Shown here: positions 53,308-62,606 of the stretch, piece after piece
How the letters are laid out: the number at the start of each line of letters is the position of its first letter
How positions within the stretch are numbered: position 1 is the first letter of the stretch
Assembly: GCA_002762785.1 (NCBI GenBank)
Contig: PCXY01000003.1
Coordinates: 3,317 to 67,316, forward strand
Reading direction: 5' to 3'
Origin: Candidatus Woesearchaeota archaeon CG10_big_fil_rev_8_21_14_0_10_45_16
GTDB taxonomy: Archaea > Nanobdellota > Nanobdellia > Woesearchaeales > GW2011-AR9
DNA: 64,000 nucleotides
The notes under the pieces: generated by a model
Told to the model about the DNA's origin: nothing
Databases searched by the model: none
The model's input: only the letters and a program-made list of their open reading frames with translations
Program-made: the position numbers and the translations under genes

Positions 53308-53655
53308 GTGTTAAACATGGTCCAAATGCTTGAGTTTTACATTCATCTGCTGACTTTTCTGATAGTCTTGTTTCCCGGCTGGCTGATCCTAAAGATCATG
53401 CAGAAAGACCGCGGACAGTTTACCAAGATGTTGGTGCTGGTGCTTTTCGGTCTGCTGCCGATGGCGTTGTATCATCTGGTGGAAGCTTTGGTGGCGGTCG
53501 GAGTGATCCCTTTCTTTCAGGAAGGTGCTTTTAGCCGTATCGTCGCTGAACACGTGGTGGTAGTGCTGGCCTTTGCTTCTTTCAGTTACTTCTTGAGCTT
53601 TTATTATAATAGATACATAAAGCCGATCTATCATATCACTTCTCCTAAAAGATGA
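53308..53655 (+). CDS. small 3-TM membrane protein (paralog group with 54182 and 54501)
   Basis: Three hydrophobic helices, 'LYHLVEAL' after TM2. The likely ATG is at 53317. Confidence 0.5.
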   Translation: MLNMVQMLEFYIHLLTFLIVLFPGWLILKIMQKDRGQFTKMLVLVLFGLLPMALYHLVEALVAVGVIPFFQEGAFSRIVAEHVVVVLAFASFSYFLSFYYNRYIKPIYHITSPKR

Positions 53656-54155
53656 AAAAAAGAATTACTGTCAATGATTCCATGCAGAAAAAGTATGTCT
53701 ATTACCTGACAGAACCTGCTGGGAAGAATTTTCACCCTGCTTTCAAGCCGCAACTGACTCCTAAACAGATGCTGGGACTGGGTGTCTTTGGCGGCAAGTA
53801 TCTTAACGATTGCCGGAAGGAGTTTCCTGCCAGCTGGTTTGCCAAAGCTAAATTATGTAGAAAGAAGCATGATCCTTCTCTAAATTATTTCGGCGTTAAC
53901 GCTTCCAAGCCGTTATGGTACTGGATAAAAAAACGTTGGGTCTATAAAGAAGATCCCCGAGGCTGGTTCCAGTGGTACTGTCGTTATTATCAAGGAAGGA
54001 GATGCAAAGATGACTTGCGGCAGATCAGGCGGTGGAAAGCCATGACTCGGCATGTAGCTCAGGTAAAGAAGAACTGTCGCAGAGGAGATACTGGTTGTCG
54101 TCCTCGGCAACGGCAGGCTTTATTGCATTGGGCCTATGACAGTCGGAAGATATAA
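53652..54155 (+). CDS. conserved-looking basic hypothetical protein
   Basis: 'DPRGWFQWYCRYYQGRRCKDDLRQIRRWK' looks like a family signature that I cannot name. ATGA overlap upstream. Confidence 0.5.
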   Translation: MKKRITVNDSMQKKYVYYLTEPAGKNFHPAFKPQLTPKQMLGLGVFGGKYLNDCRKEFPASWFAKAKLCRKKHDPSLNYFGVNASKPLWYWIKKRWVYKEDPRGWFQWYCRYYQGRRCKDDLRQIRRWKAMTRHVAQVKKNCRRGDTGCRPRQRQALLHWAYDSRKI

Positions 54156-54181
54156 ATACAGTAAAATAATCATTTTATCGC

Positions 54182-54496
54182 ATGGAAACGGCAGTGGTAC
54201 TATTGATCGGAACGTTGCTGTTAGGCGGTGTTACTGTGTTCTTGGCTTTCCGTTGCCGCAGCTACAAGCTGGATATAAATAGTAAGTTCCTTGATTACCG
54301 TTTCATGGCTTTGCTGGTGGTGGCTTTGGCTTTCTCTCTTCATACTCTCGGCGATGCCCTGATGCCGTCCATGGGAGAAGAGGTGGAGATGCTGTTGGAA
54401 TCCATCGCTCACGTTATCATGGCGGTAAGCCTGTTCATCTTTTTACTAGGTTCGCGATACTTGTTGCGCTCAGCAAAAGAACATTCGTTTAAATAA
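54182..54496 (+). CDS. small 3-TM membrane protein
   Basis: 'SLHTLGDAL' after TM2. Confidence 0.5.
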   Translation: METAVVLLIGTLLLGGVTVFLAFRCRSYKLDINSKFLDYRFMALLVVALAFSLHTLGDALMPSMGEEVEMLLESIAHVIMAVSLFIFLLGSRYLLRSAKEHSFK

Positions 54497-54500
54497 AAAA

Positions 54501-54860
54501 ATGGAAGAAACAATCTTATTGATAGCGCAGGTCAGCGCATCCCTGACTACCATCCTCGGTGCGGTAGCTCTCTTCTATGTTATCCAGGCCGTCCGCAGTC
54601 TCCTGCCGGGTGAACTACGAAAGATCATGATGCTCTCGGCGGTGGCTTTCGGAGTGGCTTTGCTGGGCCTTAGCAGCATGACCGTGTTTCATCTCCTGGA
54701 AGAAAGTTCTCACGAGATCGCTGAGGTCATGGAATTTTTCTGGTACTTGCTGATGTTCCTGGCCCTGTTAATATTCTGTTATGAATCCTGGCAGATAGCT
54801 TCTTTCGGCAAGAGGATCACCGAGCCTTTGGAGAAGTTTGGGAAGAAAAAGAGAAGCTGA
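54501..54860 (+). CDS. small 3-TM membrane protein
   Basis: 'VFHLLEES' after TM2; basic C-terminal tail. Confidence 0.5.
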   Translation: MEETILLIAQVSASLTTILGAVALFYVIQAVRSLLPGELRKIMMLSAVAFGVALLGLSSMTVFHLLEESSHEIAEVMEFFWYLLMFLALLIFCYESWQIASFGKRITEPLEKFGKKKRS

Positions 54861-54905
54861 ACATCACTCCATAAGTAATATAAATGAGTTTTCTATATTT
54901 AATCA

Positions 54906-55184
54906 ATGATGCTAGAAGAGATAGTCTGGAAAGAGGATCGTTTTGTCAAAGTATCTAATGATCAAGAGGTCAATCCATCACCAAGAGGCCCATTTAATGT
55001 GAGCTTTCATCCTGAAACACTTGATTATGTTTCTGCTGATTTTCTTCAGAGAACAGCAGAATATCATAACAAAGAATTCGAAACTCAACATCCAAATTCT
55101 GACTCTGCCAATGCTTTTTATGTCAAAACTATAACTGGTGATGGTGGCGGTGAATTTGTGGTCGTGCAGTTGTATCGCATCTGA
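54906..55184 (+). CDS. hypothetical protein
   Basis: ORF only. Confidence 0.4.
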   Translation: MMLEEIVWKEDRFVKVSNDQEVNPSPRGPFNVSFHPETLDYVSADFLQRTAEYHNKEFETQHPNSDSANAFYVKTITGDGGGEFVVVQLYRI

Positions 55185-55247
55185 AAGATAATCAACCGTA
55201 ATTTTCTAGGTTTACTTTGTCACTATTTAGTTGCAATCTGGCAAAGC

Positions 55248-55255
55248 TTTATAAA
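55248..55255 (+). promoter_or_regulatory. TATA box TTTATAAA
   Basis: 24 nt upstream of ATG 55280. Confidence 0.55.
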
Positions 55256-55279
55256 CAGGACGTTTAATTCAGACTCATC

Positions 55280-56938
55280 ATGGAAGAATTCAAAAAACTG
55301 GGTCTTTCTGAAAATGTTATTGCTGCTTTAAAGAAGAAAGGGTATGTAACACCGACGGAAATCCAGCAGAAAACTATACCGGTCTTATTAGAGGGTAAAC
55401 TAGATCTTATCGCTCAATCACAGACCGGGACGGGTAAGACGGCCAGTTTTGCTATTCCTATCATCGAGAAAGCAAAAGAAAATTCTAAACACGTTCAAGC
55501 TATCATCCTTACTCCGACCCGGGAATTGGCCCTTCAGGTCTCTAAAGAGATCGAATCATTGCGGGGGCAAAAGAGGCTGCGTGTACTTGCAGTATATGGC
55601 GGGACGTCGATGAATGATCAGATCCAGAAATTGCGTCAAGGTATCGATATCGTGGTTGGAACTCCAGGAAGGGTGATCGATCAGATTAAACGCAGGTTTC
55701 TTGATCTTTCTCAAGTATCATTTACAGTATTAGATGAAGCTGATGAGATGTTAAACATGGGTTTTCTGGAAGAGATTGAAAAAATCTTGGAAAACACTAA
55801 TCCGCATCAAAGAATGCTTTTATTTTCAGCTACTATGCCAAAACCGATCCAAATGATCGCTAAGAAGTTCATGAAAGAACATCTCTTCCTAAAGATCGAG
55901 AATAAACAATTGACCATCGGGTTGACCGAACAGGTTTATTATGAGGTAGCCTCTTCAGATAAGTTTGAAGCGCTGCGCCGAGTGATAGATATCAGTGATG
56001 AGTTCTATGGCATCATATTTTGTAAGACCAGAGTTGAGGTTGACATCCTCACCAGACAGCTGATCGATAAGAATTACAGCGCTGCCGGAATCCATGGAGA
56101 TATCTCTCAAGAACAGAGAGAAAAAGTTTTAAGCTTGTTTAGAGCTAAGAGAGTTAATATCCTAATCGCAACTGACGTTGCGGCCCGCGGAATAGATGTC
56201 AATGACTTGACTCATGTTGTAAATTATTCTTTGCCTCAAAATCCAGAATCTTACGTCCATCGAATCGGTCGAACTGGTCGGGCTGGTAAAAGTGGGATGG
56301 CTGTAACTTTCATCATCCCTTCTGAAAGAAATAGATTAAGATTTATTGAAAAAATTGCTGGCGGTGAGATGAATAGAAAAGAATTGCCTTCTATCAATGA
56401 AGTTATCGCTTTTAAGAAAAAACATATCAGACAGACAGTTGAGCAATATTGTCAAGCTGGAACTTCCGGGTCATATGAGGAGATCGCGAAGGAAATCCTT
56501 ATTAGCAATACTCCAGTTTCAGCTCTGGCTTCTGTGTTAGAATTGGCGTTTAAAGCAGTATTAAATCCTCAGAATTATAAAGAACTTCGAGGGGTCAATG
56601 ACAGCCATCGGACTTCACGGAAAGGAAAGAAAGATTCATTTGGTCAAAATTATCGCAAACAGAGATCAGACCGTGATGGTGGATTTGGTTCACGAAATAA
56701 GAGGACTGATGATGGTCCTCGATTCGATTCCAGAAAGTCTCGTCCTGATAGTGGTAAACGGTTTGATTCTAAGAAGCCTCATTCTGAAGGTCCTAGGTTT
56801 GATTCCAGAAAACCACGTTCTGAAGAAGGTCAAAGATTCGATTCCAGAAAGTCTCGTCCTGATGGTGGCAAACGGTTTGATTCTAAGAAATCGTTCTCTG
56901 GTGGAAAGAAAAAATCATTTAAATCGTTTAAGAGATAA
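55280..56938 (+). CDS. DEAD-box RNA helicase with C-terminal RFDS(R/K)K repeat tail
   Basis: 'AQSQTGTGKT', 'PTRELA', 'DEAD', 'SAT', 'HRIGRTGRAG'. The tail has six 'RFDS[RK]K' units. About 55 nt are duplicated near 56716-56771 and 56836-56891. Confidence 0.9.
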   Translation: MEEFKKLGLSENVIAALKKKGYVTPTEIQQKTIPVLLEGKLDLIAQSQTGTGKTASFAIPIIEKAKENSKHVQAIILTPTRELALQVSKEIESLRGQKRLRVLAVYGGTSMNDQIQKLRQGIDIVVGTPGRVIDQIKRRFLDLSQVSFTVLDEADEMLNMGFLEEIEKILENTNPHQRMLLFSATMPKPIQMIAKKFMKEHLFLKIENKQLTIGLTEQVYYEVASSDKFEALRRVIDISDEFYGIIFCKTRVEVDILTRQLIDKNYSAAGIHGDISQEQREKVLSLFRAKRVNILIATDVAARGIDVNDLTHVVNYSLPQNPESYVHRIGRTGRAGKSGMAVTFIIPSERNRLRFIEKIAGGEMNRKELPSINEVIAFKKKHIRQTVEQYCQAGTSGSYEEIAKEILISNTPVSALASVLELAFKAVLNPQNYKELRGVNDSHRTSRKGKKDSFGQNYRKQRSDRDGGFGSRNKRTDDGPRFDSRKSRPDSGKRFDSKKPHSEGPRFDSRKPRSEEGQRFDSRKSRPDGGKRFDSKKSFSGGKKKSFKSFKR

Positions 56939-57474
56939 TGGCACGCATAACTATTAAAGGACATGAATTCAATCAGTTAGTGATAAGGGATTCTTACGAT
57001 CGAAGAGCCCAGCTATTCTGTAACACTATCATTGAAACTTTAAGAAAGATCGGTATCTCTGAAGATGACGTTGATGTTCAGCTACAGAAAGTGGCTAGAG
57101 CTAAAGGTAGTGCGGCAGCTTCTTGGTACTTTGATGGTCATTACATGTATTTTGGTTATAAGTTAGCAGATAAATTTGTGGAAAATCTTTACATCGTTTC
57201 TAAAGTGATTGAACTGGAAGTTAAAGCGTTGCTGGAAGAACGGATTACTATGGAAGAATTCACCCAGCATTTCTCTGAAGATCATGACATCGAGAAAAGA
57301 CGGAAAGAAGCCCGTATCATCCTTGGCGTTCCTGAAGATTGTCTTGATCTAGATCTAATTAATCGTAATTATAAAAATCTTGCAAAGAAATGTCATCCTG
57401 ATGCTGGTGGTGACCAAGAGTTGTTTAAGAAGATCAATAATGCTCATAAGATGTTAAAAAGAGAATTAAGCTGA
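56938..57474 (+). CDS. J-domain (DnaJ-like) protein
   Basis: C-terminal 'ILGVPEDCLDLDLINRNYKNLAKKCHPDAGGDQELFKKINNAHKML' with the HPD tripeptide. The start overlaps the helicase stop (TAATG). Confidence 0.7.
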   Translation: MARITIKGHEFNQLVIRDSYDRRAQLFCNTIIETLRKIGISEDDVDVQLQKVARAKGSAAASWYFDGHYMYFGYKLADKFVENLYIVSKVIELEVKALLEERITMEEFTQHFSEDHDIEKRRKEARIILGVPEDCLDLDLINRNYKNLAKKCHPDAGGDQELFKKINNAHKMLKRELS

Positions 57475-57478
57475 TCCG

Positions 57479-58798
57479 ATGAAAATAGTCTTAGTTTACC
57501 TTCCGTTTTGTACACCGGTGAGCCCGCCGTATTCTTTGACGAACCTGCAAGCTTTTCTCTCCCATAATTCTTCGCATGAGATCAAAGTATTGGATCTGAA
57601 CGTTAAATTTCATCATTATAAATTTCAGGATGCTCAAGAATATTTTAGGTCTGGCCAATGGAATGATTATGAGGAAGTAGCTCAAAAGTATCATGATCTT
57701 ACCAGGAAAGTCTATTCAGAAAATAATTCTCAGGTAGTGCAGAGCCAGAAGCCAGAATTTTTCGCCGAAATGTTGAAGAGCATCGAGGATGAAAAACCAG
57801 ACATCGTAGCTTTTAGTATCGTCTACTCCTCCCAGGCGTTCTATGCTCAAGCGCTGCTCAAGGAATTGAAAGTTACTACTGTTATCGGCGGTCCCTGCGT
57901 CAATAAGAAATTGGTTGCAGATCATCATTTTAAGAATGAACTGGAGTTTCTTGATTTTCTTGACAGAAAAGATCATTCAGAGTTGAAGTTTGACTTTCCT
58001 TTAGATTTTTCTACAGATGGTTATTTCACGCCTCAGCCGGTGATCCCTTTGAAGACATCTACCACTTGTTATTACCAGCAGTGTTCGTTCTGTGCTCATT
58101 ATGCCAAAGTTCCTTATCTGGAGTATCCATTGAAGACCATTGAGGAGACGGTCGTCAAATCTCAAGCGAAGCATTTTTTCCTGATAGATGACATGATCCC
58201 TCTCAGACGGTTGCTGCTGCTGGCTGAGATCTTCAAAAAACATGGTGCAAAGTGGGCCTGTCAATTACGGCCGACGAAGGAGTTTACTTTTGAGAAGTTA
58301 TCTGAATTGTCCGCATCAGGCTTAACTTTTGTCCTGTGGGGTTTTGAATCAGGATCGCAGAAAGTGTTGGACCTGATAAAGAAGGGGACGAAAGTAGAAG
58401 ATATTCAAGAGGTTTTGAAAGATTCTTCTAAAGCTGGGATCAAGAATGTCTTGTATACGATGTTCGGCTTCCCCGGTGAGACGAAAGATGATCTTTTAGA
58501 GACTATTAGGTTCTTACAGGATAATTCTGAGAATATCGATCTAGTATCAATCAGTACTTTCGGCGTCCATAAAGGAGCTCCAGTCTATGATGATCCTGAG
58601 AAGTTTGGTCTGGTTCTTAAAGAAGAAGAAAGGACAGTCTTAGAGCCTAAGATAACCTATACTGTCAAAGACGGCTTATCAGCTGCTGAGGTGAAGATGT
58701 TACGGAAGAAGTATGGTCCGGTCATCGACAAGATAAACAAGTATCCGGCTTCTTTGAATTTCTTCAGGGAGCATCTGTTTTTTTACCGAAATCAGTAG
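57479..58798 (+). CDS. B12-binding-domain radical SAM-like protein with CX4CX2C motif
   Basis: N-terminal 'KIVLVYLPF...PPYSLTNLQAFL' and 'TTCYYQQCSFCAHY'. Confidence 0.6.
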   Translation: MKIVLVYLPFCTPVSPPYSLTNLQAFLSHNSSHEIKVLDLNVKFHHYKFQDAQEYFRSGQWNDYEEVAQKYHDLTRKVYSENNSQVVQSQKPEFFAEMLKSIEDEKPDIVAFSIVYSSQAFYAQALLKELKVTTVIGGPCVNKKLVADHHFKNELEFLDFLDRKDHSELKFDFPLDFSTDGYFTPQPVIPLKTSTTCYYQQCSFCAHYAKVPYLEYPLKTIEETVVKSQAKHFFLIDDMIPLRRLLLLAEIFKKHGAKWACQLRPTKEFTFEKLSELSASGLTFVLWGFESGSQKVLDLIKKGTKVEDIQEVLKDSSKAGIKNVLYTMFGFPGETKDDLLETIRFLQDNSENIDLVSISTFGVHKGAPVYDDPEKFGLVLKEEERTVLEPKITYTVKDGLSAAEVKMLRKKYGPVIDKINKYPASLNFFREHLFFYRNQ

Positions 58799-58911
58799 TA
58801 GATCGCTTTTTTTTCAATAGTGTGAGAGGGATATTGTCAGTGTAATCATTGTAGCGATGATAAGAATATGGTTAAGAAAAGCTTTTTAAACAGAAAAGAT
58901 ATGGTCTAGTC

Positions 58912-59211
58912 ATGGTCTTTAAAGGTTTCAAAATTTTTCTTAAAGAATACCGAATCATAGCTGTCTCGGTCGCGTTCATCGTCAGCTTGGCTTCTTTAAG
59001 TTTCATCCAATCCTTTGTCAATGATATCCTTCTGCCCATTCTCAGACCGTTTGTTTCAAATAGCGCTACCTGGGAAGAGATGATCCTTCCGATAGGTTCG
59101 GTCAACCTTAGGGTCGGTTCTTTTTTAAGCTCATTCCTGAGCCTTTTGATCATCCTGATCCTTCTTTATGTAGTCGTTGCCAGGATCCTACGCTGGAAGC
59201 CTAAGAAATAG
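58912..59211 (+). CDS. mscL: large-conductance mechanosensitive channel MscL
   Basis: 'FKIFLKEYRIIAVSVAFIVSLASLSFIQSFVNDILLPIL' matches the MscL TM1 region. A second TM and a basic tail follow. Confidence 0.65.
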   Translation: MVFKGFKIFLKEYRIIAVSVAFIVSLASLSFIQSFVNDILLPILRPFVSNSATWEEMILPIGSVNLRVGSFLSSFLSLLIILILLYVVVARILRWKPKK

Positions 59212-59258
59212 TTAGATCCATGTTTATGTGAAAAAACTTTGCTGGGACGACGTTTGCG

Positions 59259-59340
59259 AATTAAGCTTAACGATGTTCCCAGACTTTATATGCAGGTCGT
59301 AGCAACGAAGAAGCGGAGAAGTTTGTTTCTTGCCGTACAA
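59259..59340 (+). repeat. island repeat copy R1 (most diverged)
   Basis: AATTAAGCTTAACGATGTT...CGTAGCAACGAAGAAGCGGAGAAGTTTG. Confidence 0.7.
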
Positions 59341-59432
59341 AAGACCTGTGCCGTTCTTTAAAATTATCTTGGTGTTATAGTTTTAAGAAGAGGGACTTAA
59401 GAATCATTTTTGTCGTAACTCCCGAGTAAAGA

Positions 59433-59440
59433 TTTATAAG
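59433..59440 (+). promoter_or_regulatory. TATA box TTTATAAG
   Basis: 22 nt upstream of ATG 59463. Confidence 0.5.
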
Positions 59441-59462
59441 TGGGGCTGTTTTCCAGAAAGAT

Positions 59463-60542
59463 ATGGGTAATTTAGAAGAAGCAATTAGTAGATCTGCAGT
59501 TTGTACTCTTCCCATTGATATCCCTATGAATTCTTTTAATTCTCTTACTTTTCTAGATAGACTTTCTGATGTGGCAAGAAGAATGGCTTACAGCGAAGAG
59601 GAAACAGTACATGAGAAACAAGGTAATGTAGCAAAAAGATTATATGGTTTATTAGAGGCAATACAACACCAAGTTGTTCCTCCATATCATCAAAAAAGTA
59701 AGCCAAGACGTACTCTTCCTGCTCTTATTGAAGAAGTGCCTGACGATATTGATGTAAATGTAAGTGGTAATATTGGCATTATTCTTCCTCAACTGTTTAG
59801 GTGGGTTGGATCTACACCAGAAAAATTTGCGGTAAGTGTTGTTGGTCCAAAAGAAGTTTATGATAATTTTGAAGGAGAAGTTTTCTTTGCTGAAGAATTA
59901 AATAATCAAGTTGTAGACATATCGCTTTTAGGTGGAAAAGCAAGTGGCGCTTTCCTGAATGGGCCATACTTTTCTGCAGACACACAAAAATGGTTCTATA
60001 ATAGATTAGTTGGGAAAAAATCAGGAAAGTCACATGAGTGGGGATATGTCTTAGAGCAGGCAGGAGATGATTACGACTGGTCTCAACACTTATTAGATAT
60101 TAATCTCAAAAGAGGTCCGTATAATTATGCAATTGATATGGGTGCTTTCAGGGACGATGAATTAAGAAAGAAATTTTCAGAAGCACAAAATAAAGAATTA
60201 CAACCATTCTTATATAATATTCGGGTTGGTGCTCATTGGCTAGATAGTGAAAACAGTATTGTGTCATCCCCCAAAATTGACATTTACAGAGATGATGGTC
60301 AAGGTGTTATTTTAATCAAATTATCAATTGATAACAATAAACTATTTGATACAGAACCGTTATCATTTCTATATCAACGTCTCTTGCCTCAGAATCTACT
60401 TCAAGTAGCTCTTAGTCAACATAGGCAGTATTTAGCTGATACATCCGATAGTCCTGCTAATTATGAAAGTGCTCTTAGAAGATATACTGCTCTTGAGAGA
60501 ACTGTTTCTTTAGGAGAACAAGAAGAGTTTATTGTTCATTAG
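59463..60542 (+). CDS. hypothetical 359-aa protein (island)
   Basis: AT-rich ORF with its own TATA. No recognisable domain. Confidence 0.55.
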   Translation: MGNLEEAISRSAVCTLPIDIPMNSFNSLTFLDRLSDVARRMAYSEEETVHEKQGNVAKRLYGLLEAIQHQVVPPYHQKSKPRRTLPALIEEVPDDIDVNVSGNIGIILPQLFRWVGSTPEKFAVSVVGPKEVYDNFEGEVFFAEELNNQVVDISLLGGKASGAFLNGPYFSADTQKWFYNRLVGKKSGKSHEWGYVLEQAGDDYDWSQHLLDINLKRGPYNYAIDMGAFRDDELRKKFSEAQNKELQPFLYNIRVGAHWLDSENSIVSSPKIDIYRDDGQGVILIKLSIDNNKLFDTEPLSFLYQRLLPQNLLQVALSQHRQYLADTSDSPANYESALRRYTALERTVSLGEQEEFIVH

Positions 60543-60712
60543 AATAGGTAGCTTGCTTTTTTCTTAAGTCCCTTACATTTTGATTAGTTGTCAGAGTTTA
60601 CACATTAAAGGCACAGGTCAAGTTCAGGTGATATAACTTCCTCGTTAATGGAACAAAAAACCAGAATTTTAGCGAAAGATTTAAATAAGTAGGCAATTAC
60701 AAAGACATTACA

Positions 60713-60961
60713 ATGGTAATGGATACAATACAAATAAGGTTAAGTCATGGTTTAGTAGATAGGATAGATGATTTAGTAAATACGGGAATTTATGCAAATA
60801 GGTCTGATGCGATTAGGGATGGAGTCAGACGGTTAATTTTAGATAAACAAATTGGTTCAATCCCTAATGCTGGCGACTCTGTTAAAGAAGTTAGAAAAAT
60901 CAGAGCTAAATTGTCTAAAGAGAAATTTGATCTAGATGAAATTAATAAATTAGCTGAGTAA
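60713..60961 (+). CDS. ribbon-helix-helix (CopG-family) protein
   Basis: 'IQIRLSHGLVDRIDDLVNTGIYANRSDAIRDGVRRLI'. TATA TTTAAATA at 60680-60687. Confidence 0.7.
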   Translation: MVMDTIQIRLSHGLVDRIDDLVNTGIYANRSDAIRDGVRRLILDKQIGSIPNAGDSVKEVRKIRAKLSKEKFDLDEINKLAE

Positions 60962-61375
60962 CTCTTCTGGTTTAAAAACTTCAATGTGTTTTATTGCAAA
61001 ATCCATTAAGTCTTTATCTCTTGTGATTAATGGAACGTTTAATCTTTTTGCAATGGCAACATGGAGATAATCGTAAAAGCTAATTTTAGAATTTTCTTCG
61101 TCTTCAAATTTTCTTGCTAAATCATAATCCTCTTGTATTGTTTTAATAATCTTAACAAATTCAGTATCTTTAAAGAATTTCAATTTTTCTTCAAATTGAT
61201 CTTCAAGTTTGTAAGACAATTCTTTAAGAACTATTGTTGAAATTATTAATCGATTATTCAGTTCAAGAAAATCTTTCGCTAATTTCCAGTACGGCACCCC
61301 TTTGGTTGGATCTCCTTCTTTCTTGAAGAGATTAAGCCAGATGCAGGAGTCGACGTAGTAGGTTTTTTGTGCCAT
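60950..61375 (-). CDS. PIN-domain nuclease (VapC-like)
   Basis: Acidic residues in PIN spacing: 'YYVDSCIW', 'LKELS', 'FYDYLHVA', 'LITRDKD'. Confidence 0.7.
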   Translation of the reverse strand: MAQKTYYVDSCIWLNLFKKEGDPTKGVPYWKLAKDFLELNNRLIISTIVLKELSYKLEDQFEEKLKFFKDTEFVKIIKTIQEDYDLARKFEDEENSKISFYDYLHVAIAKRLNVPLITRDKDLMDFAIKHIEVFKPEELLS

Positions 61376-61438
61376 ACCTAAATTATTGGGAAGTTCTACT
61401 TAATAAAGTTAATTAAAATGGCTCCGAAGACTTATTGG

Positions 61439-61516
61439 ACTTAACGATGTTATGCAAGGGAGACTTTATGTCTCCCTCGTAGCACGTAGTGCGGAGCAAG
61501 TTATGACGCAACAGCC
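61439..61516 (+). repeat. island repeat copy R2
   Basis: ACTTAACGATGTTATGCAA-GGGAGAC-TTTAT-GTCTCCC-TCGTAGCACGTAGTGCGGAGCAAGTTATGACGCA. Confidence 0.85.
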
Positions 61517-61558
61517 ATTAAAAAGATTTTTAAAAGATTCTCTCATTTTTCTTTTTTA

Positions 61559-62029
61559 ATGTCATTAGAAGCAACTCTTGATGGATTGAAAGAAGATGCA
61601 CACGCTTTAGGTAGATTTTACTCAAAAGATTTTGGAGCACATTTAACTGGAATCCAAGCAAGTGGTGAAGTATATTTGCATGAGCCAACTGCTGAAAGAA
61701 AAGAAAGAATGGAAAGTGATTTAGAAATTATTAATGATTTTTATGAAACAATTCCATTTGATGAATTATTAGGTGATGAAAGATATGATCCTCTTTTTGT
61801 TGTAAATAGTTTGTTACCTAAAGTTAAAGAAAATATGAGTTTATTTTTTGATAATCCAACAGAAGCAACTTATCAAGATTTATTTTTGGTTTGTAATGCT
61901 GTTCATGAAGTTGGTTATCTTTATAGAGGATCTTTTGATGATGCATTAGAGAAAGTCCATGCCCATCCAGAAGGTCGTGATTTTAGGATACAACTGGTTG
62001 GAATTACGGGCACGGAGTGGGATTATTAA
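61559..62029 (+). CDS. hypothetical acidic 156-aa protein (island)
   Basis: ORF with a TATA-like TTTTTAAAAG 23 nt upstream. Confidence 0.5.
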   Translation: MSLEATLDGLKEDAHALGRFYSKDFGAHLTGIQASGEVYLHEPTAERKERMESDLEIINDFYETIPFDELLGDERYDPLFVVNSLLPKVKENMSLFFDNPTEATYQDLFLVCNAVHEVGYLYRGSFDDALEKVHAHPEGRDFRIQLVGITGTEWDY

Positions 62030-62193
62030 TGACTGTGAGTAATATTCTGCTTAACGGCCCTGTTAGTTTCGTCTGACCAACGGGAAGACCTAAAATTTAG
62101 TGCAACGTTCCGAAGGAAAATTTTAGAGTTTTTGAGTCAGCCGTATATCTAGAACAAAGTTCAATATAATAAAAGAATAAAGGGCAAGAATTG

Positions 62194-62508
62194 TTATTTT
62201 TCCTCGTCTCTACAAATATATTTAATTGCTTTAATATTTTGATATATTGTTCCAGCATATGCTCCTGCAATTTCCATAGCTTGTACTATTTGTTCTGAAT
62301 TACCCAAAGAGAGACCCATACTCTCGTGCAAGGATGATCCTCCAGTAAAGTATGGAGCAATTAATGAATCAATTCCTAAAACTAATGAACCACATAAAGC
62401 AATTTTCTTTGGAGTAGACATCTGTTTATAGTGAGTTGTAGGTTGATTTAAACTCCCTGCAATTGTTCCTCCAACATAGAGATGTTGTAATAGATTGAAT
62501 AGGCTCAT
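62194..62508 (-). CDS. hypothetical 104-aa Gly-rich protein (island)
   Basis: ORF with TATA (ATTTAAATAC on the minus strand, 62531-62540) ~23 nt upstream. Confidence 0.45.
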   Translation of the reverse strand: MSLFNLLQHLYVGGTIAGSLNQPTTHYKQMSTPKKIALCGSLVLGIDSLIAPYFTGGSSLHESMGLSLGNSEQIVQAMEIAGAYAGTIYQNIKAIKYICRDEEK

Positions 62509-62606
62509 ATCACTTAATAAGAAGGAGCAAGTATTTAAATCTTTTGGCCGATTAGTCTTTTATGGGTAGTAACAATTCACGCCCAATCGTTAAATAGGCT
62601 GACTTG

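Noticed and set aside
62049-62126. Possible degenerate fifth copy of the island repeat (GCTTAACGG at 62049) plus hairpin CTAAAATTT/AAATTTTAG (62090-62126)
   Set aside because: Only the 8-mer GCTTAACG is shared and the rest does not align with R1-R4. The hairpin followed by a T-run sits between two convergent genes, so it is more simply a bidirectional terminator.
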